A DNA stretch of 64,000 nt from Candidatus Latescibacterota bacterium (lineage in GTDB: Bacteria > Latescibacterota > UBA2968), in the NCBI GenBank assembly GCA_965205975.1, contig OZ242195.1, positions 4,704,001-4,768,000 of the forward strand, written 5' to 3'. Shown piece after piece: positions 59,906 to 64,000 of the stretch. The notes below the pieces were generated by a model. The model worked only from the letters and a program-made list of their open reading frames with translations. It was not told where the DNA came from and searched no databases. Made by a program: the position numbers and the translations under genes. How positions within the stretch are numbered: position 1 is the first letter of the stretch; each line of letters starts with the position of its first letter.

Positions 59906-62338
59906 ATGTCTAATCATAGCTATGTTCGTTGTGTGCTGTGTTTGTCCTGGATATTGATTTTTGGGATAAGAACGCATGCAATTGAAATCGATTCTTTGCA
60001 GGTTATGGAGCGTGTGGTAAAACAAGAACCCAAAAATGGCGATGCATGGATAAAGCTCGGTTACCTATATCTAAATGAAGAACGAATAACAGATGCCAGG
60101 AACGCTTTCGAAAAAGGTGTGCGATATACAAAGTCCGCTGAGGCATACACCGGGTTGGGAAAAGTTTATGTAATGGACCAAAAAATGGCTCAAAGGGCAT
60201 TTGTCGCTTTTCGTCAAGCTTTAGGTGTAGATCCTGCATATCTCGAAGCCCAAATGCAGATTGCGCTATTGCACGTCAGATCCCGTAATCTGGATGCAGA
60301 GAGAGCATTGCGCCGAGTTATCGAAATGGATCCAAACTATGTCCCGGCGTATCGCGAACTAATTTTATGGTACGAGCAAGCGCAGCCAAATTATGAGCAG
60401 GAGCTAATAGACGTCTGCGAACAATACATCGCCCACTTCCCAAACGATCCGATGGGATATTATCACCTGACTTTATCGCATCTTGAAAATCATCGCTACG
60501 ATGAAGTCCTGAAGATAAGTGCTGAAGCCGGGGCGCGTTTTTCGGATGATTTGAGATGGATGCCATTGATAGCGCAAGGGTATGCTTCTCGAGGTGATGC
60601 AGAGCGCAGCTTGACCATATTTGAAGAATATTTGCAAGGTGTTTCTGAGGATGAGCATGCGTATTACAATGATCTATCGCTTATCGCTACGGATGCTGAA
60701 CTGGAGGCGCTGAAATCCATCTCTGAGGATGAGCGCAGCGCTTTTTTAACCCGCTTTTGGGCAAGTCGCGAGGGTGCTTTGATGTTGGGCGGAGATGCCC
60801 GGCAGATGGAACATTATCGCCGTGTGTGGTATGCGCGTACATTCTTTGGTCGCAAGGATCAGCCGTGGGATAGACGTGGCGAGGTCTATATTCGGTATGG
60901 AGAACCTGATTACAGGTCCAGGTCTGGCAGTGAAAATCCGATACCAGATGTGGCCGTTCAGAATTTTAAGATGCGAAAAATAGATGAATTATTTGGTCGC
61001 ACTTTCGCATATAGAGGACAAGAACCGAGTCGATATTTATTGCCTCGGGTGATGCCGGGTAAATCGTGGACACCTGGAACGCCATCAATGATTGAATATG
61101 ATAAGGATGGGGAGGAAATTGAAATTGACTTAGATCGAATACCTCTGAGCGAGTGGTTGTGGGAAGTTAAAGGGGTCTATGGAACAACAGTTCACCTCAA
61201 TATTCCTCCAGGACTATATCGAGGTATCGAGCCTGTTGTTCCGATTGATCGTTCTCCTGAAGGGGCAACCACGGTGCCCTGGGAATCCTGGGTATATCTG
61301 AATATCGGTGATGGATTGGAGTTTGTATTTACCGATCGATATATGAGTGGCAGTTGGGATTTTCCGCTTCAACCAAATACGATTTGGCATGCGTCTTTGG
61401 GGCTGCATACCTCTTTGAATTCTCCTTCATACCAACTCATGCAAACAGTTTCGGAGTTGCCTGAGTATTTTGATGTTCCTCCAGGTGTTAAGTTATTAGA
61501 GTTTTATTATGACACAGTGAGTTTTCGCGGAGAAAATGAACGATCTTTACTGGAAGTTTATTTTGGTATTCCGCCAGAGCAAATTAGTTTAGAAAATGTA
61601 GATGATCGGGTTGTTCGTATGACGATAGAAAGAACCATTGTTCTGGCTGATGCTGAAGGAGACTCGATCTATCGCAAAAAGGATGAGCTTGTCTTTGAGG
61701 GTGAGGTGGCAAAGAATCAAGACAGGGGATTATTTGTAGAATTGGCGTCTCTGGATGTTCCGCCTGGTCATTATACCTTAGGTGTAAAGTTAGCAGATCG
61801 CGTATCTGGCCGGTGGGGTATGTATCGACAGGAGGTGGAAATCCCAACATTTGAAGATTCCCTGGCCGTTAGCGAAATTGAAATGGCCTATAATATATCT
61901 GATACCTCACAGACCTCACAGACCTCAAAGTTTGTAAAAGGTGAGCTTGTGGTGATACCCTCTCCCACCAGGAGTTTTAATCTCCATAAGGATGCAAACC
62001 TGTATTACGAAGTGTACAACCTGACGCTGGATGCGTTTGGTCAGGCGAAATATCGGGTGGCCTATACGATTCACCCCAATGTGGCTGGGGGCACGACGGT
62101 AGCAAGTGTGGTCATCGGTGGATTGAGACGGTTGTTTGCTGGTGCGCAAGAACCGGAATATACTATTAGCTATGAACGGGTTGTGAATGCGACAGAAGAA
62201 CCTGTTTTCTTCGCATTGGAGACTGGTTCTCTAAAGCCTGGTCTCAAGATGGTGGAAGTAGCCATTGATGATTTAAATTCAGGACAACGTGTGAGGCGAC
62301 GGGCTGTATTCAATGTAGTGGTGTCACCAAAACCTTAA
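59906..62338 (+). CDS. Secreted TPR + GWxTD-domain protein
   Basis: Signal peptide, TPR helices, FLTRFW..EHYRRVWYAR..WDRRGEVYIRYGEPD. Confidence 0.85.
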   Translation: MSNHSYVRCVLCLSWILIFGIRTHAIEIDSLQVMERVVKQEPKNGDAWIKLGYLYLNEERITDARNAFEKGVRYTKSAEAYTGLGKVYVMDQKMAQRAFVAFRQALGVDPAYLEAQMQIALLHVRSRNLDAERALRRVIEMDPNYVPAYRELILWYEQAQPNYEQELIDVCEQYIAHFPNDPMGYYHLTLSHLENHRYDEVLKISAEAGARFSDDLRWMPLIAQGYASRGDAERSLTIFEEYLQGVSEDEHAYYNDLSLIATDAELEALKSISEDERSAFLTRFWASREGALMLGGDARQMEHYRRVWYARTFFGRKDQPWDRRGEVYIRYGEPDYRSRSGSENPIPDVAVQNFKMRKIDELFGRTFAYRGQEPSRYLLPRVMPGKSWTPGTPSMIEYDKDGEEIEIDLDRIPLSEWLWEVKGVYGTTVHLNIPPGLYRGIEPVVPIDRSPEGATTVPWESWVYLNIGDGLEFVFTDRYMSGSWDFPLQPNTIWHASLGLHTSLNSPSYQLMQTVSELPEYFDVPPGVKLLEFYYDTVSFRGENERSLLEVYFGIPPEQISLENVDDRVVRMTIERTIVLADAEGDSIYRKKDELVFEGEVAKNQDRGLFVELASLDVPPGHYTLGVKLADRVSGRWGMYRQEVEIPTFEDSLAVSEIEMAYNISDTSQTSQTSKFVKGELVVIPSPTRSFNLHKDANLYYEVYNLTLDAFGQAKYRVAYTIHPNVAGGTTVASVVIGGLRRLFAGAQEPEYTISYERVVNATEEPVFFALETGSLKPGLKMVEVAIDDLNSGQRVRRRAVFNVVVSPKP

Positions 62339-62340
62339 TC

Positions 62341-62371
62341 AAAAAACCACGTCCTTTGGGCGTGGCTGTTT
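62341..62371. terminator. Hairpin between convergent genes, near copy of 58338-58368
   Basis: AAAAAACCACGTC-CTTTG-GGCGTGGCTGTTT. Confidence 0.7.
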
Positions 62372-62401
62372 GGTTTATACTGCTAATGTTTTCACCAGGG
62401 A

Positions 62402-64000
62402 TTAAAACCGCGATTGTTTGCTCTCCATATTGGTATGTACATCGATCAACACGGTTTTGCCATCGGCGTTTAGTCGCTGTGCTTCTTGTAGTGCGAGGCG
62501 CATTTCACCCACTTTTTTGACGGTGATGCCCACAGCGCCCATGCCTTCGGCAATTTGGGCGTAGTTGCCCTGCATATTGGAGACGCCATAGCGTTCGCGC
62601 GCCGTGGGAAATCCACCGGGATAGGTCGCCATGCCTCCGTTGTTCAGAATTACGGTTGTAATGGGAATGCCTGCGCGAGCAGATGTTTCAATGTCCAGGC
62701 CGGACATGCCGAAGGCACCGTCTCCCATCATGTTGAGACAGAATTTGTCGGGGTGGGCGAGTTTGGCGCCGATCATCAGTGGGATGCCAAAACCGAGGTG
62801 GGTTGTTTTGCCCCAGCCGATGTAACTGTGGGGCGTGGTTGCGGTGTAAAATGGCACGATTGAGTCGCGGGGCGCGCCGGCATCGTGTGTGACAATGCTG
62901 TTTTCGCGGTCGAGTGTGTTGTTGATTTCGTTGATTACGCGATAGGGGTTGAGGGGTTCTTCATTTGAGGTCAGCAGGGGTGTCCAGGTGTCGAGCCATT
63001 GTTTTTTGGCATGTGCGATTTCGGCGGCGATCTGATCAGAATTTCTGGGTTCGCCAATTTGCGCTTTTACTTCGTCGATGATCGCTTGCAGGGCGAGTTT
63101 GGCGTCGCCGATCAATCCGATATCTACGGCTTCGTCTTTGTTGATGTCATCTGGGTTATCGGTGTTTTGGATGAGTACTTTGCAGGGGGGAACGGATTGG
63201 GCATAAGAGGTGCGGGTTAAACTAGATCCGAGCGCGAGGAGTACGTCGCAATTTTTGAGCCAGTGGTGTACGGGTCCCGTGGTTGCGCCGCTGCCAGCGC
63301 CGAGGGCGAGTGGATGGCGTTCGTCAAAGGCCGATTTGCCGGGCATGGTGCAGAATACGGGTATGCCGGTTAGATCGACGAGTTCTTTTAATTCCTCTGT
63401 TGCCCCGGCAAATACGACCCCGTGTCCCGCCCAGATTACGGGGTTTTTTGCTGTGAGGAGTGCTGTGACGGCATCTTTGATGTCGCCGGACGAGGGCATT
63501 TGTTGCGCGCGTTTTGGCGAGTGATAATTTTGTGCACCGGCGGGTATTTGTTCTGCGCAGACGTCGGAGGTCATTTCGACCACGACTGGACCAGAAGTGC
63601 CATTGCGAAGCGCGTGGAATGCGCGGCGCATTACGGTGCCGACATCTTCTGGTCGATAGATTGCTTCAACGCGTTTGACCCATCCGCGATAGGTGTGGGT
63701 TGCGGAAAAATTGGGACGGACCGCGATTTGATTGAGTCTTACGCCGCCTGGGAGGACCAGTATTGGGACGTTGTCGGCATAAGCCTGGGCAATGCCACCC
63801 ATTGCGTTTTCTGCACCGGCTTGTGCCTGTATTGCTACGACGCCAAATCGCTGTCGGTTGCTGGTGCGGCTAAAGCCGTCTGCAGCCATGACTGCGCCGC
63901 GTTCGTGGCGAAATGCGATTGGGCGGATGCTTTCTTTGGCTGCTGCTTCAATTAGCGGATTGCTGGGATAACAGGAGATCCATTCGACGCCTTCTTGTTT
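62402..64000 (-). CDS. ThDP-requiring enzyme (start lies beyond window end)
   Basis: RHERGAVMAADG, GDGAFGM..LNN ThDP motif; frame open to the window edge. Confidence 0.9.
   Translation of the reverse strand, partial: KQEGVEWISCYPSNPLIEAAAKESIRPIAFRHERGAVMAADGFSRTSNRQRFGVVAIQAQAGAENAMGGIAQAYADNVPILVLPGGVRLNQIAVRPNFSATHTYRGWVKRVEAIYRPEDVGTVMRRAFHALRNGTSGPVVVEMTSDVCAEQIPAGAQNYHSPKRAQQMPSSGDIKDAVTALLTAKNPVIWAGHGVVFAGATEELKELVDLTGIPVFCTMPGKSAFDERHPLALGAGSGATTGPVHHWLKNCDVLLALGSSLTRTSYAQSVPPCKVLIQNTDNPDDINKDEAVDIGLIGDAKLALQAIIDEVKAQIGEPRNSDQIAAEIAHAKKQWLDTWTPLLTSNEEPLNPYRVINEINNTLDRENSIVTHDAGAPRDSIVPFYTATTPHSYIGWGKTTHLGFGIPLMIGAKLAHPDKFCLNMMGDGAFGMSGLDIETSARAGIPITTVILNNGGMATYPGGFPTARERYGVSNMQGNYAQIAEGMGAVGITVKKVGEMRLALQEAQRLNADGKTVLIDVHTNMESKQSRF

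Noticed and set aside
61904..61927. 9-bp tandem duplication (TSQTSQTS) in the GWxTD gene
   Set aside because: In-frame micro-duplication in a probable loop, with no evident significance

Overview
Bacterial chromosomal window. The abundant PhyH dioxygenases, sulfatases, ThDP enzymes and a GWxTD/TPR protein suggest a Latescibacterota/Gemmatimonadota-like host, but that is inference only. 1-14 kb is core-like: signalling genes, tRNA-Pro(CGG), a PhoR/PhoB-like pair, an RNB ribonuclease and a peroxiredoxin whose catalytic Cys codon is UGA (probable selenoprotein). About 14.7-49.3 kb is a mosaic accessory region ending at the 3' side of tRNA-Val(GAC). It holds two IS630 elements, McrBC, a PLD-SNF2 helicase plus second PLD gene pair, several intact or orphaned toxin-antitoxin genes, many gene remnants and catabolic genes. 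The best candidate for an undescribed system is a minus-strand operon at 16.7-22.1 kb: DUF6932-like nucleotidyltransferase, XRE-HTH/ImmA-IrrE peptidase fusion, DUF4186, radical SAM, a decayed gene, ASCH domain protein and nucleotide kinase. It has a near-consensus promoter whose -10 box is the spacer of a perfect 13-bp-arm palindrome. 49.6-64 kb carries metabolic genes and a GT2 + six-Cys secreted peptide + GWxTD/TPR cassette. Several short repeat families are scattered through the window. No CRISPR array or rRNA was seen. Family calls come from motif recognition, not database searches.
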